Source: Eledone cirrhosa (Eukaryota). Taken from it: a stretch of DNA of 64,000 bases. Where the stretch lies: assembly GCA_964016885.1 (NCBI GenBank), contig OZ024742.1:158348001-158412000 (forward strand). The letters run 5' to 3'. The notes beneath the pieces are model-generated. The model ran no database searches, was not told the DNA's origin, and worked only from the letters and a program-made list of their open reading frames with translations. Positions 45,722 to 64,000 of the stretch are shown piece by piece. The position numbers and the translations under genes were made by a program. Each line of letters starts with the position of its first letter. The stretch's first letter is position 1.

Positions 45722-45723
<2 letters not shown>

Positions 45724-45775
45724 TCTTTTACCCTTTTACCTGTTTCAGCCATCCGGCTGAGGCCATGCTGGGGCA
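45722..45775 (-). mobile_element. ~55-bp 3'-end-only copy of the same LINE
   Basis: TTTTACCTGTTTCAGCCATCCGGCTGAGGCCATGCTGGGGCA. Confidence 0.82.
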
Positions 45776-45790
45776 TATATATATATTTAC

Positions 45791-45940
<150 letters not shown>

Positions 45941-46928
45941 ATACATATACGGGGTAACAAATAATAGTTATATGCAGTCCACTTAGGTGTAGTCCAGTTA
46001 TGGTATTCCGTGTAGTGGATGATATCAACGCTTGGCTTGGTTTGACTCAATAAGGCGTTTTGATAGTGATGTTGCGAGTATGCTGTAATTCCTATGTTGT
46101 AAACACTTGGAGTAATATTAAATCAGGAAAGAAGATTGACATGGTTTGCTATACAAAAAAGGTTTTTAATCTCATTGCTGACAGATAGGTGCCCATTGGC
46201 GAACAGATGTCTCGATTCGAGCCTAGTGTACATGTGCACGGTCAACTCGGAATTACATAGGATCCACCGCGGGTTCTTTTAAAAAAAGATGGCATGTGCA
46301 CAGGCACTCGATGAAAAACCGTGCACTTATGGGTTCCACAACCCTCGCCAAAAAAATATGGGAACTGAAGGACAACAACACTGTAGTTATACAGTATTAA
46401 CTGGTCGAAGTTGTCGGCTGCTAAAACCTATAGTACAGGTATGTCCCACTGCGGGCTATGTGATCTAGAACTAATGTATATCCTCAAAAATGTAAAAAGG
46501 CTACTTAACAATAAGTTAGAAAGATCTATCTTCTGCAGACATAGAATTGCCACTAAATTCATAAGATTCAAACCTCCGTGAATCGAACCAACATAACATA
46601 GCTTTAAACTAGGATACCCACTACCCTGCATAAATCACCACAGAAATATACTCATTAAGTACACTCTAGCCTTCACAGTTCTATACCACACAAATGTCTG
46701 TAAGTACCTCATCAACCCATAAACTTATTCCTTCTCAGCTGCTGCCATCACTTGATCCTAAATCCAAGAATTTCTCAAATGACTACTACAATATAACTTT
46801 ACCTTCCTTTTGCCATAATTACAGTCAGCATGTTTATCTCTTTGCATGTATGTATGTATTTATACGTGTGTATATTGATGTGTATGTATATGTCTATGTA
46901 CACGTGCGTGTGTATATATATATATATA

Positions 46929-46972
<44 letters not shown>

Positions 46973-47389
46973 TCCTTAACCTCTGTATTAACTTGCCCAT
47001 TATTTAGCTTTGACAGTGTTGTCCCATACATGTATGTTATTGAAGATGAAAGGAAAGACTGTATTCTCATCTAATGTAGACCACACAAATTCTACTCAAT
47101 GATAAATACTTCGTCGGTCAGATAAATACTGAACATTACGGTCACCTGACCTACATTGTTGATAAACACCGGCTTATCTTTAAAATTGATATAATACACC
47201 CTATGACACTCTTTACATGTCAACCTTATACTTCTGCTTCATGTCAGCTAGTTTTACACGCCGAAATTTTAGATACACTATACCCCCAACCTAATGTAAT
47301 ATCAGGGTCTCCTCAAATAATTTATTACTAGCATTATGGTAATTGTTGTTATTGTTCTAACTGAATGCCATTATTACTTCATATAGTAG

Positions 47390-47548
47390 AAGGTCGGACG
47401 CCATGCTTTCCAGCATAGTTACGCCCCTTTACGATCTGAGTTCAAATCCTGTCGAGGTTAACTTTGCCTTTCATCCTTACGGGGTCGATAAAATAAAGTA
47501 CCAGTAATGCACTGGTTAATTGCTGGCCTTGTGCCAAACGTAGAAACA
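47390..47548 (+). mobile_element. tRNA-derived SINE with 20-bp TSD
   Basis: B-box GAGTTCAAATCC. ATTATTACTTCATATAGTAG at 47370-47389 and 47549-47568. Confidence 0.9.
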
Positions 47549-47612
47549 ATTATTACTTCATATAGTAGCCTGTATATTCCTTTCATGCCTGTATAGCCTC
47601 TTCATTCTCGCA

Positions 47613-47720
47613 TGCTCCGAAGAACTGACTGGTTATAATTTTGTGTTGGCGATCAAGTAACGTGAAAACAAGCGAATAGCGATCTCTAGACCTACCAGTT
47701 CAGAGAAACAATTGTCAGCA
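47613..47720 (+). ncRNA. Hammerhead fold, CCGAAGA (C4) core, ~80-nt stem II
   Basis: UGCU-CCGAAGA-aCUGA.CUGGU...ACCAG.UCAGa-GAAA-CAAUUG-UC-AGCA. Confidence 0.7.
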
Positions 47721-47788
47721 ATGAGATTAAAAGCCTTTTTTGTATAGCAAACCATGTCAATCTTCTTTCCTGATTTATATATATACAC

Positions 47789-47839
<51 letters not shown>

Positions 47840-47849
47840 TATATATATA

Positions 47850-47925
<76 letters not shown>

Positions 47926-47927
47926 TA

Positions 47928-47999
<72 letters not shown>

Positions 48000-48220
48000 T
48001 ATATATACATATATATATACATATATATATATACATATATATATATATATTTCATATAACTGCTCCGTAAATCATCTGATGTTTTTACATTGAGCTACTT
48101 AACTTACTGGTAATGAGGTAGTAATATATTACTGCCTACCACTATTTAGGGTTTGTATAAAAAAATATATATAGCTGCAAAAGGTTTTTGTATTTACATA
48201 ACCATAAATAGTATAATTAA

Positions 48221-48307
<87 letters not shown>

Positions 48308-48315
48308 CATATATT

Positions 48316-48365
<50 letters not shown>

Positions 48366-48393
48366 CATATATATATATATGCATATATATACA

Positions 48394-50878
<2,485 letters not shown>

Positions 50879-50895
50879 CATATATATTTATATAT

Positions 50896-50951
<56 letters not shown>

Positions 50952-50953
<2 letters not shown>

Positions 50954-51365
50954 GGGTCTGAGACTTGGACACTGACCAAGAAACTCACTCAGATGGTGGA
51001 TGGGTACTACACGAGAATGCTGAGGATGGCTCTGAACATTAATCAGTATACACTGAGGATGAAAAACTCAGAGCTGTATGGGAGCATCCCAAAAGTCAGC
51101 TCAAAAGTGACACAGAGGAGACTGAGGTTGGCTGGACATGCTCACCGACATCCAGAGTTGACATTGCACTCAGTGCTCCTTTGAGAGCCCCTACATGGAC
51201 ACACTAGAAGAGGAAGACCAAGGTTAACATATGTTGATGCCCTAAGGACAGACACTGGTCTGTTGGAGATGCAGGATATGGCAGCGATAATGAGGGACAG
51301 AGACCGCTGGAGAGAACTCGTCCATGGATCTCTGGAATTTTACCCGCCTTAGATAGATAGATAGA
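50952..51365 (+). mobile_element. 5'-truncated RTE 3' fragment with (TAGA)n tail
   Basis: Matches 30984-31384 in reverse complement. Confidence 0.9.
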
Positions 51366-51374
51366 TATATATAC

Positions 51375-51466
<92 letters not shown>

Positions 51467-51532
51467 TTACATATATATATACATATATATATATTTATAT
51501 ATATACATATATATATACATATATATATATAT

Positions 51533-51607
<75 letters not shown>

Positions 51608-51637
51608 AATGTATATATATATATGTATATATATATG

Positions 51638-51701
<64 letters not shown>

Positions 51702-51703
<2 letters not shown>

Positions 51704-54477
51704 CACAGTTCAATCTTAAAGAGAGAGATGGAAAATAGGAGGGGAGAGATGTGAGGAGAGATTGGTGAATTAGTTAGAAGCCAAAGCGTAAAGGCATGTG
51801 CTCAATGTGCAATATGCAGTAGAAATCAGCTAGGTGGCTGAGTTCATGCAAAGGTTAGGTGCGCAGAGCTGGAAATATTCATTAGTTAAGCAAAACAAGG
51901 CCAAAAATTTCACAAGGAAGACATTATTAAAAGATTGTCAACATATTTAGTTTGATGTAAGGAATGTAGAGAATAATAATAATATCAATAATAACATCAT
52001 ACTTATGGTGAGGCAGACTATCATTGAATTTAACGGAGCACTCTGGAAAAGATAGAACAGACAACTTTGACATCACGATGGGCTCAAGTGACTCTGTGCA
52101 AATCACCGATTTAGTTGGAATTTACCTATTACATAACATCAGAGCCGAAATCAAACCCTTTCAAGGTGGAATATACAGGGACGACGCCCTATTTGCAGTC
52201 CACAATTGCACTAATCGGGGCATTAATTGGCTAAAAAAACTATTACATAGATTCTTTAAAAATAACGGTCTCTCTATCACCATCGAGCCGAATCATAAAG
52301 TAGTAAACTTCCTAGACGTCACCCTGGATCTCAACAATAACCTATATTACACTTAACCTATATTACACTTACCATAAACCAGGTGAAATACTCACATATA
52401 TTAGCCCACACTCTAACCACCCACCGGCAGTCATCAGAGCAGTAATCAAATCTATCTCATATAGGATCTCAATGCTATCAGCAAATGAGGAGATATTTAT
52501 AAACCATGCACAATATTATAATCAGGCTCTTTATGAATCTGGTTATTAACAATCAATTTATTACATACCTAAATGCCATAACACAGCAATTCACCATAAT
52601 AAACTTAACACTAGAACTAAAAATACCTTAGCATATAGCCAGATTCGCCGGAATTTTAGCAGTAACAGCACCTATACAGGGAAGTTTAATGGTGGCAGCT
52701 GCCTGCTCCCCACTCCAAGTAGCAAACTAAAAATCAACCCTAAATAGGAATGAGAAATGGGATGACAAATCCCCAGGTAATAATAACCCTAGGAAGGCCC
52801 CTACCAACTCCACTAGAACCCCTAGAAGGAATAGACCTAGAAATATCACCTGGCTTAACCCCCCCATTCTCATCTAATCTATCCACTAATATCCCTAAAC
52901 GCTTCTTCTCTATCCTATCTAAACATCCCCCCCCCCCAACCATAGATATTACAAACTCTTTAATAAAAATAACATTAAAATCTCATTCTCCACAACACCT
53001 AACGTAGCTAGCCACATCGCATTCAGTAACCATCATAAACTAAGACAGCATAACTCCCACACCGCGGTACCACCACCCCTATCAAATACACCACGCCACT
53101 ACACCAATAATTACTCTAGTAGCACACCTACCCCATCTAATCCTTCTAGCTCTGAGATACCGCTCAGGTTAAACTACCCTACTCCTACTAACCGCAGAAG
53201 CAACTGCAACTGCCGTTACCCTAATGCATGCCCATTAAATGGACACTACCTGACACCCAACATAGTCTATAGGTGCACGGTTAAAGCTGCTTCGAAGACC
53301 AGCTCTTATATCGGGTCTACCTCTAACCCGTTTAAAGTACGCTATAACGCGCACTCTTTTTCCTTCCGAGACCCTAGCAACAGATGTTCGACATCGCTAG
53401 CTAGGCTCATTAAAAACCTTAAATTAAGCAACGTTCAACACTCACTAAAATGGGATATCGTGGCTAGGGCCCAACCGTTCAATGGACGAGGAAAATCTTG
53501 TGATCTCTGTATTACAGAAGCATATTACATAATTATATCACGACTCTATCGATTAACGATAGAACGGAGGTAACTATTAGCTGTCAACATCGAAGGGCTA
53601 ATTCCTTCGCCAATAGAATATTTGACCCAACTTAGTCATCTAGCCCCATTTTTACTTGTAGCTAATAAGTTAAATAGCTATGACTAACTTAGATAATTAT
53701 AAGTTACCTCCTCTACATTGTCTCTCAATTAAAAAATTTAAAAATTAGCACTTAACTATAAACTACCCAAAATTTCTAACCTGTCGAGGAGTTACTTCCC
53801 CTGAAACCACCTTCTAATTAGTAAGGTAAATATGTCCTTTGGCAGCCATCTTGTTACCCATAGGCAGATCTCACAAAATGCAGCCTCGACAGATGAATAC
53901 TGCTTGATTATGGCTGACAACTTATGCAACCAAGGCACCATAGTGAAAAACCAATATATGGAACATTATATTATGTAACATTCTCTCATTATTTTAATTT
54001 ATATTCCTTTGAAGTTTCGATGAGGCGCTCTGTCTTTTAAATATGTTAATTATTTTCAACTGAACCAGATCAATAATGATATATAGTCATCTGATCCAGA
54101 AATATTATATGGAGTAGCGACACAATTGTAAACGGACATTATTATTATTATTCTAGGGCGGTGGATTAGCAGTATCGGTAGAGGGTCGGACGCCATGCTT
54201 TGAGGCATAGAGTTACGTCCCTTGCCATTCTGAGTTCAAATCCCGCCGACGTTAATTTGGCCTTTCATCCTCACGGGGTCGATGAAATAAAGTACCAGTA
54301 ATGCACTGGGTATTTGCTGGCCTTGTGCCAAAAGTAGAAACAATTATTATTATTATTATTATTAATATTATTATTATTATTCTCTACATTCCTTACATCA
54401 AACTAAAATATGTTGAAAATATTTTAATAATGACTTCCTTGTGACATTTGTGGTCTTCTTTTGCTTAACTAATGAAT
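51702..54477 (+). mobile_element. PLE family H3 (YRDD-type), degenerate, with inverted pLTR end (51702-51993)
   Basis: FDITMGSSDSVQITDLVG, GIYRDD, VNFLDVTLDL, then CNCRYPNACPLNG, YIGSTSNPFKVRY, CDLCITEA and CQHR to ~53635. Confidence 0.86.
54154..54345 (+). mobile_element. Full-length tRNA-derived SINE inserted in the (ATT)n of the H3 pLTR
   Basis: A-box-like TAGCAGTATCGG, B-box GAGTTCAAATCCC and (ATT)n tail. Absent from the paralogous pLTR at 38945-38985. Confidence 0.88.
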
Positions 54478-55036
54478 ATATATATATATATATATATTTA
54501 GAAACACACAGATACATGCGGACACACACATATATACATGAATGCATCCGCACCCAACTGTGAGTTAAGGGTGCCAACTTCACCGATGTTGCTCAATGAA
54601 TGACTGGGACAGACCAATTCAGTTGAACTAGACTGAATCAGTATCAGAGTTAAAAATACATTATGAAGAGAGAAGAAACATTTAGATATAATTAGTAATA
54701 AAATGTATCATACCTAAACTGCTCCTAAATTCCTCGACTACGTAGTTTCGTGGCATAAACAAAAACAATATATCAAAGATATATTCTTTCCATAATATAA
54801 GAAGTTGGGACAGTGAAATTAAAATACAAGTCATTCTGATCACATTGAGTTCTTCATGTAGATTGGGCTTTTGCAGACCCATCAAAACCGGTCATTTTTT
54901 ATACCCGTTATTATTTCCTTACCTTATAAAATTATATGTTTTTTCACAAAAAAGTATTCTGTCTCTTATATATTCCATGTGCCATTACCAACCTCAATAT
55001 TCTCTATAACCTTCGTTTTGTGTAGAAAATTACACT

Positions 55037-55587
<551 letters not shown>

Positions 55588-55588
<1 letters not shown>

Positions 55589-57765
55589 AGTGTACGATAA
55601 ACACGAAATGTGTTTACATTGCAACAGACAAAGTTAGCTATTAATGAAATAAACTAATAAAAGTGAATACAATTTGTCTGTCTCGATATAAGTCAATAAA
55701 GACAATATTATATTGGCAACTGCCATGATTCCTGGACATATTTAAATTTCAAAATTCAAACCTGTTCTGTAGACGAATTTGAACCTCGAAACCCAAATAA
55801 GTTTCGCAACGGTGGAATGTGAATTGAAAAATAAAGAGAATCGAAATGGAATAGAAATAAAAGAGTGAGATATCCAAATCTTCTGTGCTTATCAACAGGA
55901 ATCCAGTAAGATTAGTCTATATCACATCAAAAATTTTGCAGGACTGACTACACGTGGGTAGGCAGGCCAAAACTAGCTATCCCACATTCACGGTGCCAGA
56001 AATAACAGCCGCTTATGCAGGATTAAGGATCAGCTCTTACAATAAAGGAGCAATACATTATATTATATTTTGAGAATAAACTCTCAGTCGTTTACAATAA
56101 TTAAGCTCGAGGAAGGGGCTCTTCCGAGCAGTCAATAGTGTACGATAAACACGAAATGTGTTTACATTGCAACAGACAAAGTTAGCTATTAATGAAATAA
56201 ACTAATAAAAGTGAATACAATTTGTCTGTCTCGATATAAGTCAATAAAGACAATATTATATTGGCAACTGCCATGATTCCTGGACATATTTAAAGTTCAA
56301 AATTCAAACCTGTTCTGTAGACGAATTTGAACCTCGAAACCCAAATAAGTTTCGCAACGGTGGAATGTGAATTGAAAAATAAAGAGAATCGAAATGGAAT
56401 AGAAATAAAAGAGTGAGATATCCAAATCTTCTGTGCTTATCAACAGGAATCCAGTAAGATTAGTCTATATCACATCAAAAATGTTGCAGGACTGACTACA
56501 CAAATTGTATTCACTTTTATTAGTTTATTTCATTAATAGCTAACTTTGTCTGTTGCAATGTAAACACATTTCGTGTTTATCGTACACTATTGACTGCTCG
56601 GAAGAGCCCCTTCCTCGAGCTTAATTATTGTAAACGACTGAGAGTTTATTCTCAAAATATAATATAATGTATTGCTCCTTTATTGTAAGAGCTGATCCTT
56701 AATCCTGCATAAGCGGCTGTTATTTCTGGCACCGTGAATGTGGGATAGCTAGTTTTGGCCTGCCTACCCACGTGTAGTCAGTCCTGCAAAATTTTTGATG
56801 TGATATAGACTAATCTTACTGGATTCCTGTTGATAAGCACAGAAGATTTGGATATCTCACTCTTTTATTTCTATTCCATTTCGATTCTCTTTATTTTTCA
56901 ATTCACATTCCACCGTTGCGAAACTTATTTGGGTTTCGAGGTTCAAATTCGTCTACAGAACAGGTTTGAATTTTGAAATTTAAATATGTCCAGGAATCAT
57001 GGCAGTTGCCAATATAATATTGTCTTTATTGACTTATATCGAGACATACAAATTGTATTCACTTTTATTAGTTTATTTCATTAATAGCTAACTTTGTCTG
57101 TTGCAATGTAAACACATTTCGTGTTTATCGTACACTATTGACTGCTCGGAAGAGCCCTTTCCTCGAGCTTAATTATTGTAAACGACTGAGAGTTTATTCT
57201 CAAAATATAATATAATGTATTGCTTCTTTATTGTAAGAGCTGATCCTTAATCCTGCGTAAGCGGCTATTATTTCTAGCACCGTGAATGTGTGATAGCTAG
57301 TTTTGGCCTGCCTACCCACGTGTAGTCAGTCCTGCAAAATTTTTGATGTGATATAGACTAATCTTACTGGATTCCTGTTGATAAGCACAGAAGATTTGGA
57401 TATCTCACTCTTTTATTTCTATTCCATTTCGATTCTCTTTATTTTTCAATTCACATTCCACCGTTGCGAAACTTATTTGGGTTTCGAGGTTCAAATTCGT
57501 CTACAGAACAGGTTTGAATTTTGAAATTTAAATATGTCCAGGAATCATGGCAGTTGCCAATATAATATTGTCTTTATTGACTTATATCGAGACAGACAAA
57601 TTGTATTCACTTTTATTAGTTTATTTCATTAATAGCTAACTTTGTCTGTTGCAATGTAAACACATTTCGTGTTTATCGTACACTATTGACTGCTCGGAAG
57701 AGCCCCTTCCTCGAGCTTAATTATTGTAAACGACTGAGAGTTTATTCTCAAAATATAATATAATA
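55588..57765. repeat. 548-bp non-coding unit: ~1.7 inverted copies plus ~2.3 direct copies
   Basis: TGTACG at 55591 and 56139; CGTACA at 56581, 57129 and 57677 (period 548). Inversion at ~56500; copies nearly identical. Confidence 0.95.
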
Positions 57766-57809
57766 TATATATATATGCATGTATGTATATATATATGTAT
57801 GTATGTATG

Positions 57810-57907
<98 letters not shown>

Positions 57908-58020
57908 TATATATATATATATGTATATATGTGTATATATATATGTATGCAAATTGGGCTACTCAGCCGTTAATATGCATAAGGTAAGTATATACGTTCA
58001 ACAATCTAGCAGGAAGGTAT

Positions 58021-58063
58021 ACATTGCTGACGATAGCTAATAAGCTTGAAACTAGTACAGCGT
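58021..58063 (+). ncRNA. Minimal type I hammerhead ribozyme in an orphan ~230-bp island
   Basis: ACAUUG-CUGACGA-uAGCU aaua AGCUu-GAAA-CUAG-UA-CAGCGU. Palindromic stem III ACUAGU. Confidence 0.75.
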
Positions 58064-58331
58064 TCCTTTGTCAGTGTTGAACAAACGATCAACGATGTTC
58101 GCTGGACACTACGGCTTAATATGGGATGTTTGTTTACAAACACACCGAGCATTATAATAAATGTTTGGTGAATCCATACGGACATATATATATGTGTGCA
58201 TGTATGTATATATATATACATACTACTGTAGTCTGTATACATACGTGTACATACTTACATACATATATATATATATATATAAACATACATATATATACAT
58301 ATATGTACATACATATATATATATGTATATG

Positions 58332-58386
<55 letters not shown>

Positions 58387-58451
58387 ATATATGTAGATAT
58401 ATGTATATATGTATATATATATATGTATATATGTATATATATATATGTATG

Positions 58452-58535
<84 letters not shown>

Positions 58536-58849
58536 TATATGATAAAGTAATAATGATGATGATGATAAAAGTAAAACCCGCACGGGAACAATAAAACATT
58601 GGTTACTTTTTAATATTTTTTTTGTGAATTTGTTGTTTTTGTAAAGCATGAGGTAGAATTTACGAGTTTCCATAGTAACATCTTGTGATCAACAACAGAT
58701 TTCAGTTTTATTTTCTAGGTTTTAACTTTCAATTTCAATAGTAATCTATTCATACTTTTCAAACTGCTTGTCCTTCAATTTAGCTGCAGGTTACGTAAGC
58801 AAGAAAATTAACCAATCAAAGTGTATAGAAGCAGCAAACATGCCTAAGT

Positions 58850-60850
<2,001 letters not shown>

Positions 60851-60999
60851 TTCATACGCAGATATATAAAATTATTTGTATATATATATAAATGTGTTTG
60901 TTTCTCCACATATATGTGCGACTATATACACGTCTACCAGCTTTGTGACTTAAATGTATACTGGTTTGTACATTCATACACACATACATACCTGCTTAG

Positions 61000-61171
61000 A
61001 TACATACATACATACATACATACATACATACATACATACATACATACATACATACATACATACATACATACATACATACATACGTACGTACGTACGTACG
61101 TACGTACATACATACATACATACATACATACATACATACATGCATGCATGCATGCATGCATGCATACATAC
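61000..61171. repeat. Compound tetranucleotide repeat (TACA)n-(TACG)n-(TACA)n-(TGCA)n
   Basis: Direct inspection. Confidence 0.95.
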
Positions 61172-61265
61172 ATTCAGAGATACATAGATACATACATACC
61201 TACATTGAAAGATACATACATACAAACGCATATATATATACATATATACAAACGCATACATAAAG

Positions 61266-61323
<58 letters not shown>

Positions 61324-61472
61324 GTAGAAACATCCACACGTATATACATGTGTATCTAGGTGTCCGCGTATGAAAACAGTTTTACTATTATTAAATTTTA
61401 ATACATATCTAGAGTCTTTGTATATTCCAGTGTATATTATTTATATATCCACAATCATTATTACCCTCTTAT

Positions 61473-61473
<1 letters not shown>

Positions 61474-61538
<65 letters not shown>

Positions 61539-61567
61539 ACGAACACACAAACACACACACACACACA
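61474..61567. repeat. (CA)n microsatellite
   Basis: Direct inspection. Confidence 0.96.
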
Positions 61568-63019
61568 TGCATACATACAAGCATACAGAATCTTTCATTC
61601 CACATAATATATAAACAGGTGCACATCCATAGACACAAACATGGTGCAAGTGTTATCTTTCTCTATAGGTTTGTGTATTTATTATATGGTGAATAACACT
61701 CGCATTCAAATAAGAATCTCACATTCAATTCAGCACGACAAACGCTTTTGAATTATAGAGCCTTGCAACTACTTCGCTATTTAAAAGGGAACAATGAATA
61801 TGTGTAAATTGAATGTAAAGCCTTATCTTACCAGCAACATTTCTGCGTTCATGTACTCCGGGAAATGATAAAGCCTTGATTTTTAATGTGCATTCCATTT
61901 TCAAACGTCACTTTTTTTAATATCTAGCTTGTGGCTTCTTGTATACTTTGCAAATTTAGCCCTTTTTTAATAGACCACAATTTTCTTGTATGCCATAAAC
62001 CAGATCGTGTTTCACTTCCAGCTTTCCCCACTTTACATTTGAAACCTTTCTTTTTTAAATGATATAACGTCATACAGTATGTTTCCACTCCTTTGTGGAT
62101 ACTTTCTTTTTACGCTCATATACGATGTAGTTATACATGTGGCTGTTCTTTTTTTTTCGTTTATTGTTCTTTTTTCTTCGGAGACATCGAAGCCTATGAT
62201 ATTGTGTTTCAATTGTTGTAGGTTCACACTTTCACGAAAGATATGAGTAGCGAAGAAGGTCGAGTGTGCCGATGTTCTGCGCAGAAATGGCCGGAAGTAT
62301 TGGTAATTATTGAACCAGTGGAAATGGAAACAACATGAGTGATCAATGGAGCAATGACAGGTGACGCGAGAACATCCGAGACAAGTAAATTTCGAGGAAA
62401 CAGTAGTAATGTTATAGGAGACAGAAGAAGAAGATAGTTTATTTGTGAGTCTGAATTTGCCAGGTGTCAAAAAGAGATTCCTCTTTGTGGTCTATGAGAT
62501 GGGCAACATCTGGACCTCATATTGTGGAGTAACTGTTCATTATGACTCTGAAACTAATTTAGAGGTTCATTGTTTGTCGGAAGTTGGCTCTGGAATGAAG
62601 GACCAGTTATTGGGATTCCGTCCTAGGCACGTTAAGGATGGGTGTTGTCAATATTTAAGGACGACGAACTGACAGAGTTATTGACGTGTGAGATAAATCC
62701 GCGTGCGGTATGTGTCTCTGTTGTGGATGACAGAACTTTTCGCTATTTCAAATATAAAATACACCTTGCGTAATATTTTGGGATGATTATCTGCTGAGTT
62801 CAAATCCGGCCAATTTCCACTTTGCCACTCAACTTTGCAAGCTGGTATAAATAATGTTTCGATTCAATCGTTGTATTGGTGGGATTTCTAGAGTGTCGCA
62901 TGAAATAGCTTTCTTTATTGATCCAGTTCTTTGATTTCCTAATCCTTGAGTGGTAGACGTAGACCGTCCGTAGACGTAGACCGTCCGTAGACGTAACCCC
63001 AAATCCTTGTTCTTGGATG

Positions 63020-64000
63020 CTCTGAGGGAAGTCCATTCTGCTGCATGTATTAAAGCTAAGTCTCCAGTTTGGGGATAGCTTCCTCTCTTCTTCCTACCAG
63101 TCACGTAGAAGTTATATGATCATGGGCGCTGCACTTGCTTCCCGAAATAAACAGTAGCAAACAGGTGGCAAAATCAGTATATTATCACACAAAATCTCAG
63201 GAGAAAAATTCCATGTGCTATTTAATTACATCTTAAGATATTGGTCTGTAAAATTTTCGTACCAATCAAATACAAAGGCCTATTTAATCTACTACAGTTA
63301 TCTCCTAAAATATGTGAATACGCGTCAATTGAAAAACTGCATTTAATTATGTGACTTTGCATTCTGAATTTAAAACCGAACAGAGATCGTCTTTGGATTT
63401 CGTTATTGCTCGGACAAGGATATAACAAGTACCGGTTATGTGCTGTTGTCAAATTAATTGAATTTAATGTCACGCAATATGGTGTCACTTTTCATCAACA
63501 GGAATCAATAATATTCCATCTCTTATCGAGTTACAGTTTAGTCCTGTAGTGGATTCCTTCTTGCAGGTATTGTACTCACCAACAATACAAATGTTTCTCA
63601 CCCAACTAGGTCTGTAATCTTGGAATAAAACTTTGACTGGCACTTTCTGAAACCAATTGCAATTCTCCAAATGCTCCAAGGAAGAACAGATGCCTTGTAA
63701 TTTTCTATTTCCCTCCATATCAAATGTGATTGTGAGATATAGGCTCCCTTTAATCTAATTTTTATTCCGATTACATTTAATGACAAAGAATTTATTCATA
63801 CCACGAAAGATACATTAGACGATGAGAAAATATAACGTTTTTTTCATATACGTTCTGCTTTCAAACATTGACCCTTTGTCCAAGTGATCGAATGCGATCA
63901 AAATTTTTTTGAATGTGTAGGCTTCAAAAGTTGAAACCACCGTTTTTTCATACAATGCTGCACATTTTAAGTGGATGTTATTGTTGATCAATTATACATC
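63020..64000 (-). mobile_element. Possible highly decayed non-LTR retroelement (RTE-like)
   Basis: Faint motifs in the expected order on minus: IAFDHLDK (compare KAFDSVDR), RKLQGICS (compare GVRQGC) and GRKKRG near the end. No intact frame. Confidence 0.3.

Larger units (their letters stand above)
45948..47776 (+). mobile_element. Degenerate PLE (family H4) GIY-YIG 3' end plus pLTR, with inverted pLTR end (45948-46183)
   Basis: 46330-46580 reads STTLAKKIWELKD..INWSKL..KTYSTGMSHCGLCDLELMYIL..LLN..CRHR. 46119-46183 is the reverse complement of 47713-47776. Confidence 0.75.

Noticed and set aside
62033-62672. ORFs 62033-62470 (-) and 62445-62672 (+) as host exons
   Set aside because: No recognisable domain or supported splice structure.

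Overview
This is AT-rich eukaryotic DNA with no recognisable host gene. The tRNA-derived SINEs and LINE UTRs resemble repeats I recall from octopus genomes, so a cephalopod source is likely (inference, not a database result). About 61 of the 64 kb is a mosaic of retroelements separated by (TA)n microsatellites. It contains two Penelope-like (PLE) families with YVDD RT, a Cys linker and a C-terminal GIY-YIG (Neptune-like), and about four PLE families with YRDD RT (Hydra-clade-like). It also holds a near full-length RTE-type LINE, CR1/L2-like LINE fragments and three SINE copies. Manual folding finds about 20 hammerhead ribozyme (HHR) folds of roughly 10 designs, including non-canonical cores (U3-A8, C4, A4) and stem II insertions of about 80-105 nt. 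The most interesting signal is a set of ORF-less units: 316, 548, 566 and ~605 bp tandem repeats plus a ~460 bp monomer. They share structured motifs, carry HHR or HHR-like cores and have PLE-style ends, so they are a candidate retrozyme-like superfamily. A second signal is a recurring insertion geometry: PLE insertions have two outward-facing 3' ends, one short and one long. The many 'YIYIYI' ORFs in the track are microsatellite artefacts. All RNA folds were made by eye and are untested.
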